Positions 39,101 through 51,108 are shown, counted from the first letter of the whole stretch. The stretch is DNA of 63,939 nucleotides, filler included, from Lenisia limosa (GCA_001655205.1; 18 parts of 18 records of this genome joined end to end with filler, not necessarily neighbours in it); one strand, 5' to 3'. Numbers and translations are program-made. Notes: generated by a model not told the origin, from the letters alone.

Positions 39101-39719
39101 NNNNNNNNNNNNNNNGGTTCTCGTCTTTCTCCTTCGCAAAGACCCATGAAATTCATTGTCGCTGTACAAGGCCACCACGCTAAATCCGTGTTCTCTAGTG
39201 TGGGTGTGATGTGTTGGGTAATGTGGGTGTGTTGGCAGGGATGTCTTCGCCTCAGGAAGGGGCTAAAAACTACAGAATTATCGGAACAATAACAGCGATC
39301 TCTTCCTGTATTTTGTTTTATTTCCCATCTCTAAACATTTTTGTTTTACTTTATTTCTTTTCTTCATTAGTACTTGTTCCACGCACAATGTGGGTTTTTG
39401 TTTGGCATCTTTTACGGAATATTTCTACTTTGCGTTTTATTCAAAGTACAAATCCCTTAAAAATTGGAACAAAAAATCGAAACGCCCTTAAAATAATGCA
39501 CAATTATTTAGCTACTTTCATTGCCAACTCAACTCCGATAATTTATCAAATTATTCCAGGATTATCATCTCTATTGTGAACCAAGTTACATGGATTATAA
39601 GTTCAAATATCCTCTTACAGTCTTGGCTCTGATGGTCTGGTGAGCATCCTTCAGTCGATCAGAAGGAAAGGAGGGGTCCTAGCAGGCGTGACAGCCAGAG
39701 CTTGGGCATTCAAACTATA
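36118..39719 (+). CDS. Pro/Ser/acidic low-complexity protein with a C-terminal macrodomain-like segment; 5' end truncated
   Basis: Phase-consistent disordered exons (e.g. 37276-37436, 37952-38130), then RPFVVAFPAISTGVYGMSIEESANIAKE (38748-38830), which is the macrodomain AFPAISTGxYG motif. Ends ..ARAWAFKL*. Confidence 0.6.
36510..36580 (+). repeat. 35-bp intronic direct repeat x2
   Basis: ccatttcccc(a/t)tatttgaccgtcacgtatcatag twice. Confidence 0.9.
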
Positions 39720-39859
39720 ATGGTCAATAGGGAGTGTATTGGAAGGTCAACTAAAACTTTAATATTACAGAGATTTATTAAGTACTGCCACAATCGTGGA
39801 TTAGTACAGACAGTTTCTTGGTATTCTTCAATCAAATAATATTCATACTGGATTCTTGA

Positions 39860-41560
39860 AGGAGTCGGTATGAAGGGCGTAATAAAATGGACATTCTGAT
39901 ACGTTTCAAACCTTCTTTGTGCGCCCGATCTCTTCTGTAGAGTTCGTTCTTGAAGACGACCTCTTGTTTTTTTTTTTTGTTTTTTTTTTTTNNNNNNNNN
40001 NNNNNNNNNNNNNNNNNNNNNNNNNNNNNNNNNNNNNNNNNNNNNNNNNNNNNNNNNNNNNNNNNNNNNNNNNNNGAAAGTATACTCGCAATATCAAAAA
40101 GGCGGGCGTATAAGAAGAAACCCTCAACAAAACTCCCCAAACTTTTCCGGTGATACGGAGGCTGAGCGCCCAAGCTCCCCAACGACGTTCTTCTGCGCGT
40201 CTGCGCGTCATCCTCTCCGTGCTCCGCTTCTTCAACCCATTAAACAGTAAATGGAAGCGTCCTTCCTCTTCCAGCAGCTCCTTCGCATGAGGTATCTCCC
40301 CTTCGCCTCCTCAAAAACAATCAAAGAGAACAAGTCAACAGAGAAGGAAGGTGAGGGAGAGCAGGGAGAAGGAGAGAAAATAATGAAAAAGAATGAACAC
40401 GTTGCTAACATACTCTTCTCCACTGCTGACAGCAATCACACCGACTGGGTTCTCAACAACCCAGAACTTTTGAATTACAGAAAAGTACTCCTTGAACAGT
40501 TTCTAATGGAATAAACAACACTGCACACCCTGGTATGATATTCCAAAAACACAAAACCAAACAAAAATGACGGGAAGATCCTTCCTATAATCATACGTTT
40601 GCCTCCTGGGGGAAGTTCCTAGCCTCGTCGGTCCCTCACATCAATCTAATTTTTGAAGCTGCTTAATAGTCAAACTGTATATTGAACATGTGTAGATTTA
40701 TAAATAATCCGACAATAAGTCCAAAAGGAACGGGAAAGGCAGGACAATGTGGAATGACGAAACGTGCAACTGTCTGAGACACCACTGGGGGCTTTCCTTC
40801 GTTCACGTCATCGGACAAAGGGTAATTCTTGAAGATAAGAGAAAATAATGAATGTCTCTATTAAAAGGCTCAAACATACTTTGGTTTCGATTTCGCTGAG
40901 GAATTCAACTCTCCTGACACATTAAAACTGGATGCAGAAAAATTCAAAATTGAACTAAAAACAGGCCTAAAGTAAGTGAATGCGGAAGGTGATCCTACGA
41001 GATAGATCGACAAGATCTGAAGAACCCTTCAGCCCTTTGGGATCCAAATAAATATGTGGGAAACCATCTGTGGCTGTCCACTGAAAGCTTCATGTAGCAA
41101 TGACATAGATGTCAAATTGATTTCAAAGCAATATTAGTGTTAGTAAACTCAAACCTTAAAAGAATTTTCTGTGAAACCTCCTCTTAAAGCTTTTATCATT
41201 CCGCTCCGTGTTTACCAAATCCTCCCGCTAACACTGCGAAAACGCAGCTGCTGAGGCAAGCATCTGGGTTCTTTGGGCGATTGTTGGGCAAATCCAACCA
41301 TTTTCCACCCAGACGTCCGGTCGCAGGTCATAGGTCTTCACAAAGCCTCTCAAAAACGAGGCAACCGCATTGCGCACAATGTCGCAGTAGGCGTTCTTTT
41401 TAAGCTCTTCTGAGACAGGTCGCGAAAAAAGGCTGCGCAATTACTTACAACAAGAAAGTAGTTCCTGGTTTTATTTTCTGCAATCGCCCTCGCCAGCTGC
41501 TCCACTCCACGTCTGGAGTGTGGAGGTCAACCCCGTCAACACTACTGGCCTGGAGGGTTG
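39860..41560 (-). CDS. Hypothetical protein, multiple exons
   Basis: LRSLFSRPVSEELKKNAYCDIVRNAVASFLRGFVKTYDLRPDVW|; FWVVENPVGVIAVSSGEEY|; GEIPHAKELLEEEGRFHLLFNGLKKRS..RITGK|. Confidence 0.45.
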
Positions 41561-42244
41561 CTTTTTCAATCATAGTTTTACACGTCCTTGAGGACAAGCA
41601 AACCCCACCACCAAGCATCCGCAATTACAGAGGAATCCGTTCGTTTCAATCCTTTTGGTGCGAAAAACGTAGGAGGCCTTGCCCATTTGAAGACTAACAT
41701 TCTGTATTTATTGTTCAACAATTATTATTGTAAGCAAGCTTACAATGTGACGTGACCCTTCTATTTTTTATCACCAGCTTTAACTATCTGGAGACTATGT
41801 CTGCCATGGCTTGCGCGATCCCAGCGCCATATCACTACCATGTATTCACTAAAATAAAAGAAATTCTGCTAACAAGAAATATGTCTATTTCAGAGATATC
41901 AAAAACAAAAAAAAAACAAGAAACGCAAACTAAGCGAGAAACATAACCTCATGGACGGACTTGTGGCAAGCCAAACATAGAAACTTACTACAACCATTCA
42001 ATACGCTAAAACCATAGTTCTGTCGCTTTTACAAATGATATGATCTTATCATGTACCAGTTCTGCCGCTTTTACAAATGATATGATCTCATCATGCAGAA
42101 ATTCAAAGACATTTCGTTTGCTTCAGTTGAAGAATGCAGTATAACCAACATCACCCCTCCCCCAGATGTTATTGTCAGTATGATGGGCCTTTTTTTTTTT
42201 TCGTTATAACTCCATCGCTATGAACATACCTATTACCTTCGTTA

Positions 42245-42352
42245 ATATTCCCCCAGGTTCCATTCTATCTTGATACTTTGATATTCCCCCAGGTTCCATT
42301 CTATCTTGATACTTTGATATTCCCCCAGGTTCTATTCTATCTTGATACTTTG
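42245..42352 (+). repeat. 36-bp tandem repeat x3 containing a cccccAG acceptor-like site
   Basis: tattcccccaggttccattctatcttgatactttga. Confidence 0.9.
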
Positions 42353-42709
42353 TGTTCTCAATTCCGTTCGTGATTGGTGCCTTTATATTCTTCATCAAAA
42401 TTTCCTTTGCCCAATTCCCGCTGGTTCCCACCCTNNNNNNNNNNNNNNNNNNNNNNNNNNNNNNNNNNNNNNNNNNNNNNNNNNNNNNNNNNNNNNNNNN
42501 NNNNNNNNNNNNNNNNNNNNNNNNNNNNNNNNNNNNNNNNNNNNNNNNNNNNNNNNNNNNNNNNNNNNNNNNNNNNNNNNNNNNNNNNNNNNNNNNNNNN
42601 NNNNNNNNNNNNNNTGTTTATTAATTCAAATAACATTTTTAAAAAATAATTTACGCCAATATTCTTCATCGAAATACCTTCGTTTACCCTCTCCCCCGCA
42701 TTCCATTTT

Positions 42710-42801
42710 ACCTGGACAAGACGCAGCCAATCCCGGCCTGTATTCCGGGGGTTCTGGGGTCAACCAGGCTGTTTTTGCAGCTTCCAACAACCTTGACTAT
42801 G
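42710..42801 (+). CDS. Exon fragment with a macrodomain-like N-terminal motif
   Basis: DAANPGLYSGGSGVNQAVFAASNNLDY resembles NAANxxLxxGGGVxxAIxxAA. Preceded by a module C cassette (42648-42700). Cut by the spacer. Confidence 0.45.
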
Positions 42802-42901
42802 NNNNNNNNNNNNNNNNNNNNNNNNNNNNNNNNNNNNNNNNNNNNTTAATTAATTAANNNNNNNNNNNNNNNNNNNNNNNNNNNNNNNNNNNNNNNNNNN
42901 N
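42802..42901. other. Artificial scaffold spacer
   Basis: 44N+TTAATTAATTAA+44N. Confidence 0.97.
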
Positions 42902-44052
42902 TACGTTCTTTATGGCGAGGCTGTAGAGCATCTCAGCAATGTGGGAAAGGGGGATAAGCAGGGCTTCACTTCGGTTCGAAAAAGACTGAATTTCTCGATA
43001 AATCTTCGAAAACTATCGATAGTCTACTGGTCTTTTTCGAACCGAAGTGAAGCCCTTCTTTCACGTCAATAGATCCCCCCCCCCCACACACACACGGAGT
43101 TTTGTNNNNNNNNNNNNNNNNNNNNNNNNNNNNNNNNNNNNNNNNNNNNNNNNNNNNNNNNNNNNNNNNNNNTCTATCTGCTTGCATTTTACCGAAGTCG
43201 TCAAAATCATCATACATATGCATAATATACAGTGCGTGTGATTAGTCACTTTTAATGTCTTCTTTTTCATTATTATTAGTTTCTTCTGAAAATTTCCACT
43301 TTGACTTCAATAGATAGTGAAACATGCCCCCCACAAGGAGGTTTACGCAACATGGCGCGCAGTTCGCGCCACCCTCGCTAACCCGCTCTACTTTGGGACC
43401 GCCTATCAAACTTACAATGAGTTCGGTTGGTGGATGAGGTTTTATTTATTTTTATTATTATTATTATTACTATTACTATTACTATTACTAATATTTTTTA
43501 TTTTATTTGGTTGTGGGTCCCATTCCCCAACTTCATCTCAATTTTCCATTTTACCTTGAGTTTTGTTTTTGATGCTTCCGGCACGAGTAATTTTTTCTTT
43601 GGAGCTGTGGATTACTCGGGTCTTACCCTTTTGTTTTAGTCCTCGAAACCTTTACCTTGGTTGTTTCTCAAATATTTGGCCGTCCACACCACACCACTCC
43701 CCCTGCGTCAGATTGGAAATCAAGAGTGGTAGAAAAATGAAAAATAAAAAGCAGAATATTGACACAAACTTAGCTACCCCCAACCCGATAAAGAGCATAC
43801 AATATGTACATTAAATAGAATCTTGGACACAACGAATAATGTTACTTAAAAATAACAGAACGAAAACAATCGATATTTTCCCGAACCGAAGTGAAGCCTT
43901 ATTTATAATATGATACTGCTATTATGTACATGTAGAGGCAGTTGGCGAAGAGAAGCCTGTCTGAAATCGCGGATAAGCACAGAAATAAGGTTTGCGACTC
44001 CAGGGCCGTGAATGACTTGAAGTGCGAAACTGTGTTCGCGATGGGCGACTAA
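42902..44052 (+). CDS. Hypothetical protein, 3' exons
   Basis: YVLYGEAVEHLSN|, KHAPHKEVYATWRAVRATLANPLYFGTAYQTYNEFG|, QLAKRSLSEIADKHRNKVCDSRAVNDLKCETVFAMGD*. Confidence 0.4.
42961..43055. mobile_element. Palindromic MITE family B, best-preserved copy
   Basis: Perfect terminal inverted repeat gggcttcacttcggttcgaaaaagac ... gtctttttcgaaccgaagtgaagccc, 20 nt after a GTGGG donor. Confidence 0.85.
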
Positions 44053-44538
44053 ATATACATACCAGACAAAACAACTCCCGGGCTGTTCACAAAACGAAAT
44101 ATCAGTACATACAAGCTGTGATAGTCTACCATCATCAATGAGCTAAGTGTTTCAAAATTATTCCATTTGAGCTTATGTTGAAAGTATTGAAGATATGGAT
44201 GTTTATGGACTGTGTCCCCACAAATGATATCGTTGACAACCTCATCGGATATGGGCTGAAAATAAGACTAAACAGTGACAAACCATGGTGGCAGACATTG
44301 ACCTCGACAGTTGTGTAGCACAATAAATGCAGTTATTTGCCAATACCAGCATGGGCACATTGACCAAGCAGGTCAGCACAGCTCTTAAGCAGGCAAACCT
44401 TCACCATGACCTTATATCTGGGCTCGTCGATGATTTGATATAACAAATTGTTCAGTATGCCTGACTGACTTCTGTCATGGCCTTCTCTTTTATCGCACGT
44501 AGTTGTAACGATGTCAGGGTGCAGTTTACAATAGTAGA

Positions 44539-44606
44539 AAAAACTCAATTTGCAAAAACTCAATTTGCAAAAACTCAATTTGCAAAAACTCAATTTGCAA
44601 AAACTC
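44539..44606 (+). repeat. 15-bp tandem repeat x4
   Basis: aaaaactcaatttgc. Confidence 0.9.
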
Positions 44607-45256
44607 ACAAGCATAAGAAGGCAAGGGGAGGACTCTGAGTCAGCCGGAAGCGCCTTTAGGCTTGAGGGCTCATTTCCTTGATGGAGAACAGGTAACGCAA
44701 GTCTCCAAGTGAGGTGATTTCGAACTAGTTTTCAATCTTTATCATAACAAGAGAAATAAAAAATGCGTGACTGAATTATAAGCACTCTTACACTTGCGAA
44801 AGAGGCTGCCGATATAACACATGACCTAAAACAATAAGAGACTCTTTTGGTCCTCAAACAAGGGAGTTGTTGAATTCTACCCTAGAACTATCAAAGAAAG
44901 CAAACAAACTTACAAAGTGGCTCATCTTGGCATATTCATTAAAACGCGACACATTGAACGTCAATGCCGTTTGTGTCAAATTTGAACGTCATAATACCGT
45001 TAGTGTCAAATTTGAACATTTGGTTCTGCTTGATGGNNNNNNNNNNNNNNNNNNNNNNNNNNNNNNNNNNNNNNNNNNNNNNNNNNNNNNNNNNNNNNNN
45101 NNNNNNNNNNNNNNNNNNNNNNNNNCCAATCTCTCTATTACCCCCCTTACAGACAAATTTCCTTCGTTTTATCCCCCTTACAGACGTCCCTTCGAGTGAA
45201 ATTATTGAGTCGCGAGGCCTACTCTTCAAACTCCTTCCTCAGCTCTCCCCAACCCT

Positions 45257-45356
45257 NNNNNNNNNNNNNNNNNNNNNNNNNNNNNNNNNNNNNNNNNNNN
45301 TTAATTAATTAANNNNNNNNNNNNNNNNNNNNNNNNNNNNNNNNNNNNNNNNNNNN
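45257..45356. other. Artificial scaffold spacer
   Basis: 44N+TTAATTAATTAA+44N. Confidence 0.97.
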
Positions 45357-45515
45357 CATCACTCCAGCTTCTACAGCCCGCATCCCATCACTCCAGCTTC
45401 TTTTTGCAGCCCGCATCCCATCACTCCAGCTTCTGCAGCCTGCATCCCATCACTCCATCTTCTGCAGCCCGCATCCCATCACTCCAGCTTCTGCAGCCCG
45501 CATCCCATCACTCAG
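45357..45515 (-). repeat. 29-bp minisatellite x5, homologous to the linker module of the A/C cassette
   Basis: Sense unit ctgcagaagctggagtgatgggatgcggg matches gctggagtgatgggatgcggtgctgcagaa at 50202-50231. Confidence 0.88.
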
Positions 45516-45624
45516 TATTAAGGGGGTGTGGAGGTTATGACGTAACGCTGGATCTCTATGATCCTAGTTTCAATAGAACTTTACTTTTAAAAAAAAAACG
45601 AAACGACCTGTCAACACCCCTTAC

Positions 45625-48600
45625 CTGAATTCTGTGCAGCTGAAGCGCCTTCTCAATCCAGGAGGGGTGGGCGACCAGGTTACTTGCCTTGCAGTAGTCA
45701 GCCAAGCCCTCGCGTAGAAGGTCATCGTCAATTTCCCTGTTAGTTAGTAAGGAAATTTCTGGCTCAACTATGGAGCGTAAGTAGCAATCTATTTCCAAAT
45801 AGCATTTTAAGTTTCATCAATGAACAGACACTATCTTTTGTCCAATATTACCCCCACACACACATATTTCATCATAGCTATATGATAAGATGTAACAATA
45901 CTAGAGCTTCACTTTTGTTCAAAAAAAAAGACTGAATTTCATATTAATTTTCGATAAATATCGATATTTTCGGTCTGTTTCTAACCAAAGTGAAGCCCTT
46001 ACAACAATACCCACTTTAAGGTGCAGCCAGGGAAGACGTCAGTGACCAGTGCTCTCAGGAGGGGCACGTCTTCTCCAACCTTTGGGATGAGGGGGGAGTA
46101 AAATTGGAAAATTAGTGAAACAAAAAAGCCCAAAATCAACTCTGTTGGTTGACAACACACAATGGTTGATAACAACAAAAAACAAAGCCCAGGTTAGTCG
46201 CTTCTTTGGAGGAGCTCTATAATGTATTGTCTATGAGATTGTGATGAAGCGGTGTCAGGATAGTGGGTGATAAGCTTCATATTAGAGCTTCGCTTTCGGT
46301 TCTAAAAGACCGGGAAAATATTAATGATTATCGAGGATTCATCGAGGTTTCAGTCTTGATTGGAATTGAAAGTGAAGCTCTTGTTTATATATAATTAGAT
46401 GCGGATGTAAACCCTGGACAATTTATGAAACAAATAATACAAAAAAAGGCCGACCCCCCCACTAATTTGGGCATAACTGTCTCGGAGAGAGCAGCAAGGA
46501 GAATGGCTCTTTCGGATGTCTCTGATCCCGAGGAAACTAGGGAATTAAGGTGGAAAAGGCAACAAGGGAAGAATGAACAGCTAAAAATACTCAATCATTG
46601 TTCACATCCCCCCTACCAGCCCCATTCCGCTGTATGGCACCTGCGGAGGTCAGGACGGCCTTCAGTGCTCTCAAGCCGAAGTCGTAATGGCTCTGAGGGG
46701 ACAGCTGCTCCTTGCATAATCTGCGGGGATTAGACAGAGATAAGTGCAAGATGGAATGAAGAATTTATGAAACAAAAAACCCAGAATCAACCCTGTTATT
46801 GGCTAGCATTTAGGAATCGAAATTATACCGTCATAAAAGCGAGAGGGGGTACGTGTATCGGATATAAAATTTAGAATTAGAGGGGGGGGGGTATCATAAT
46901 GATGATGANNNNNNNNNNNNNNNNNNNNNNNNNNNNNNNNNNNNNNNNNNNNNNNNNNNNNNNNNNNNNNNNNNNNNNNNNNNNNNNNNNNNNNNATACA
47001 TGAAATTTATTGACCCCCCATGCACCCATCTAAACACCCCATCTACGCATCCCCCCCCACGCAAAGAAGGGCACGATTTTGCCGGCAAGCTGTTCGGCCG
47101 ATTTGAAGCCTTGGGAGAAAAGAAGAACCTGCAGAGGGGAGGGGGGGTCATGAAACAAAAAATAGTTATAGAAGCAGAAGTGTGTTTAACAACAGTTATA
47201 TTTCAATACTCAGAATAACAAACCATTACAAAATATTGAATTAGTTATATCGTAATCGCAAATTCACGTATTTAGTCTTGCCTTGTTTAATCCAAAAACT
47301 GTAGACTATTGAACCCCTTTAACTAAACACCAGAGGGGATTTGAAAGTTACTGAGTAGCCCTTCTTAGACCGTCATGAGCCTCCATATAGAGACACAGTG
47401 TTATCCCGTATAACTCCATCCCATCGCTACCACAATACCCCATAGTAACAGATGTAACCCCACCTGAGCAATCAGGCCAAGGTCCGGCTTGACCATAGCC
47501 ACGGGTCTGAACAGCTGCTTCAGATTGTCGGGTAGCTCCTATTGGGGATTAATTATAAACGGGGGTACGAGACTGTGTTAATCAATCAAGATGACGAGTG
47601 ATCATGTAACACCCATCTCTCCCCCCTGTTATCCTGCACATCCTTGTAAACACTCCATGGTAACAACAGGGTATTTTGCCGTCCCCCGCACCTGACGTCC
47701 AGCATAGCCTGGGTTCATAGTGATAAAGAGGCCGACAGCTGGATGCAGCGCCACTGTGCGACTAATCAGGTCCACTTTGGAGGCACCGGCCTTCAGCGAT
47801 TCCTAATTGATAAGTATTCTTCCCCAAACATCATATGAGACTTTGGACAAGAGGGGATTATAGGACAACATACTTTTTTTACAAAAAAACCCAAAATCAA
47901 CTCCGATATCAAAGCATTTGGGAAACAGTCTTATCGCCCTAATATGATAGAATACCCCCCCATCACATCAAATATCACCACTCAACATAATAGTCCATCA
48001 CATCCTCCACCCACTTGTATTGTCTGAATCTGCTGCGAGACGGCGGACAGAATGCCCTCGTCCAATCTGTTGAATTCGTCGAAACAGCCCCAAGCGCCGA
48101 CCTGAGGAATGTGAAAAAAAAAAAGAAAAAAAAAAAAAANNNNNNNNNNNNNNNNNNNNNNNNNNNNNNNNNNNNNNNNNNNNNNNNNNNNNNNNNNNNN
48201 NNNNNNNNNNNNNNNNNNNNNNNNNNNNAAAATTACAGGGGTGTGAGTAAGGCTTCGCTTCAGTTGGAAAAAGTCCGGTAAAATATCGATAGTTTTCGAG
48301 GATTTATCGAGAAGTTCAGTCTTTTTGAACCGAAGTGAAGCACTGGGTGTGGGTGCTTCCCCACCTGGCACAGTCCAAGGAAGATTCTCCCGACAGCTTG
48401 GAGGTCAAAGGCCTCGTCACAGCAGAACACCAGCACAAAGCGGCCGAGCTGGAAGGAGTGAATGAAGGAAGTTTTCAAGAAGAATATTGGCGTAAAACGA
48501 AGCGAATTATCTGTCCAAAGTAAAATGGAACTTATGTAAATTGAGAGGGGTAAAATGTAGGAAATGCAATCACACATACTGATACTTAGTATGATATAGT

Positions 48601-49128
48601 AGTACTATATTCACCATTATACCCCTTAATCCCCCCCCCCACCTTAGACCCGAGGGCCTTGACTGTTTCAGTTTTTCCCGTACCGGCTGGTCCAAATGGC
48701 GACCCTCCGAACNNNNNNNNNNNNNNNNNNNNNNNNNNNNNNNNNNNNNNNNNNNNNNNNNNNNNNNNNNNNNNNNNNNNNNNNNNNNNNNNNNNNNNNN
48801 NNNNNNNNNNNNNNNNNNNNNNNNNNNNNNNNNNNNNNNNNNNNNNNNNNNNNNNNNNNNNNNNNNNNNNNNNNNNNNCACGAGGGTTGATAACAACAAA
48901 CAAAGCCCGAAATCAAAGCCCGAAATCAACTCTGTTTGATTGGAGGGGGAGGGGTAGATGTGATAATCACACTAATGCCTGGGATGGCTCAGAGAAATGA
49001 TAACACACTATGAACAGATTAGATAGCAAGGTGCTGCATATGATATCAAGTCAGCCCTCGCACCTGGGTGAGCGTGAGATAGCACCTGTCAGTAAGCGGT
49101 GTCTGGACCAGGGACTCGGGACACCCCA
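45625..49128 (-). CDS. DYNC1H1: Cytoplasmic dynein 1 heavy chain, AAA1 to start of AAA2 (fragment)
   Basis: [21 protein letters not shown]|[21 protein letters not shown]|[28 protein letters not shown]|[29 protein letters not shown]|..[12 protein letters not shown]|[31 protein letters not shown]|[18 protein letters not shown]. Confidence 0.9.
45904..45998. mobile_element. MITE family B copy
   Basis: gagcttcacttttgttc...aaccaaagtgaagccc, 10-15 nt from a dynein donor site. Confidence 0.75.
46083..46203 (-). repeat. Intron 3'-end cassette, module A (complete)
   Basis: Sense gcgactaacctgggctttgttttttgttgttatcaaccattgtgtgttgtcaaccaacagagttgattttgggcttttttgtttcactaattttccaattttactccccccctcatcccaaAG. 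Confidence 0.88.
46285..46380. mobile_element. MITE family B copy (diverged)
   Basis: gagcttcgctttcggttctaaaagac...gaaagtgaagctc. Confidence 0.7.
48250..48343. mobile_element. MITE family B copy
   Basis: aggcttcgcttcagttggaaaaagtc...gtctttttgaaccgaagtgaagcac, 20 nt from the donor at 48364. Confidence 0.78.
48448..48515 (-). repeat. Intron 3'-end cassette, module C
   Basis: Sense agataattcgcttcgttttacgccaatattcttcttgaaaacttccttcattcactccttccAG. Confidence 0.8.
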
Positions 49129-49228
49129 NNNNNNNNNNNNNNNNNNNNNNNNNNNNNNNNNNNNNNNNNNNNTTAATTAATTAANNNNNNNNNNNNNNNN
49201 NNNNNNNNNNNNNNNNNNNNNNNNNNNN
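49129..49228. other. Artificial scaffold spacer
   Basis: 44N+TTAATTAATTAA+44N. Confidence 0.97.
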
Positions 49229-49319
49229 CGAGCAAGTCTTCAATAATATTTCCTTTACTTTAGCCCCTCGCCCCCCCAGGTTTTTTTTCTTGAAGTTTCC
49301 AACTTTACCCTCTCGCCAG

Positions 49320-50970
49320 GGAGACACAGCTAGTGTGTTCAACTCCTATGTCTCACAAGAGGGCCACTTCTCGGGGGTGACGGGCTTCAGAAAGATAACT
49401 GCCGGATACTTGAACAGCTGTGCCCTCTCTAATGGTGAGCGGGGTCTTTATAGATGATGAGGGGAGACAGTAAATTGTATCCGTTTTAATATTGATTGGA
49501 GGGAGGGAACAGATGTGCCCTCTCTAATGGTGGGTTTTTTGGGGAGAGGCAAATTATTCAGTTTTAATGATTAGGGGAGAGGCAAATTATTCAGTTTTAT
49601 TGGTCAGGAAATTCCATTCTCACTGTGTTTTATGAAACATACATGTACAGTATTAATAGGTGGACATTCTAATTCTTCTCATTTTATCGTTAATAGCCCT
49701 CATTCTTTAGATGGAGAACTTTACTGTGTTGGAAAGAACGCCTATTACAATGTAAGTTGGAGAGGCACGCTTCACCTCTGGATCTTTGTGATACTAGTTA
49801 TAATCTTTCCAGCAAAATCATATACTCACCCAAAAGTAGGCATATACTCACCCATGTAGAGCGGAGGCCCCACGACAGTTGATTCAATTCTGCCCTACAA
49901 AGTTCCTTTCCCCGGCATGGCTATGCAAGATGTTGTTGTGGATATGATGTCGAGCTACTTCCACACCGTAGTCAGAACTGGTAGGGGNNNNNNNNNNNNN
50001 NNNNNNNNNNNNNNNNNNNNNNNNNNNNNNNNNNNNNNNNNNNNNNNNNNNNNNNNNNNNNNNNNNNNNNNNNNNNNNNNNNNNNNNNNNNTAGAAATCT
50101 AGGGAAACAAATAAATACCTAGGGAACGGGGTTGAGTTTATTCGGTTCGGGATTAGTATCTTAACGCTAATAGTCTTCATCGAAATTTCCTTCGTTATAC
50201 GCTGGAGTGATGGGATGCGGTGCTGCAGAAACGACTGGCGTGTACTTTGTTTTGTTGTTATAACCCTCGTGCATTGCCNNNNNNNNNNNNNNNNNNNNNN
50301 NNNNNNNNNNNNNNNNNNNNNNNNNNNNNNNNNNNNNNNNNNNNNNNNNNNNNNNNNNNNNNNNNNNNNNNNNNNNNNNNNNNNNNNNNNNNNNNNNNNN
50401 NNNNNNNNNNNNNNNNNNNNNNNGCCTCCAGGGAGACGTTGTTACCGACATCCTCCCAACACTGGTTTGTGGGTCCAATGGGCAGATCTATGATCTAGAT
50501 GAAAAGAAAACCTGGCCATCCTCCCAATTCGTTTGTGGATATGAATTATACGTATTTAGCAATGAGAAATAAACAATAAGGTAGTATCTGGCCGAAACCG
50601 TTTGTGGATATAGAAAAACACGATATCCTCCCAAGTGTGTTGTGAGCCTTTTCTGTTTCAATAATTTTCCAGTTTTACCCCCACCCAGGTTACATCAATC
50701 CCCGGACCGTACAAACAAATGACGATCTCGGCTCACGGCACATATTTCCTGATGGAAGACGGCCGCGTATGGGGCAGCGGTTACAACGGCGCGGCCAGGT
50801 TAGTCTCTAAATAAGCTGCTGCCACCACGCCTTGTTCAACTGAATAACGCAATTAGCACCTTTACGCTATTATTCTTCATCGAAATTTTCTTCATTTCCC
50901 CTAGTCTCAACCCCGGCATGGGCGTTGGCGTCTCTGAGATCTACTTCAATATGACTGAAGCAACGGTNNN
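49320..50970 (+). CDS. RCC1/BLIP-II-type repeat protein, internal exons
   Basis: GFRKITAGYLNSCALSN|DGELYCVGKNAYYN; PTKVPFPGMAMQDVVVDMMSSYFHTVVRT; PGPYKQMTISAHGTYFLMEDGRVWGSGYNG. A further exon probably lies at ~52036-52096. Confidence 0.72.
50148..50278 (+). repeat. Composite cassette C - linker - A
   Basis: gggattagtatcttaacgctaatagtcttcatcgaaatttccttcgttatacgctggagtgatgggatgcggtgctgcagaaacgactggc..ttgttttgttgttataaccctcgtgc. Confidence 0.85.
50858..50904 (+). repeat. Intron 3'-end cassette, module C
   Basis: acctttacgctattattcttcatcgaaattttcttcatttcccctAG. Confidence 0.78.
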
Positions 50971-51108
50971 NNNNNNNNNNNNNNNNNNNNNNNNNNNNNN
51001 NNNNNNNNNNNNNNNNNNNNNNNNNNNNNNNNNNNNNNNNNNTTTCTAAGGAAAATCGGTCAAGACTTATCCCGGTCACTGTATGTATTATCTGATATGT
51101 TATTATTA

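Noticed and set aside
43445-43492. Poly-Leu transmembrane helix in ORF 43317-43559
   Set aside because: It is an intronic (ATT)n microsatellite downstream of a GTGG donor.
45357-45515. CRISPR array
   Set aside because: The repeats are contiguous with no unique spacers, the context is a eukaryotic intron, and there are no cas genes.
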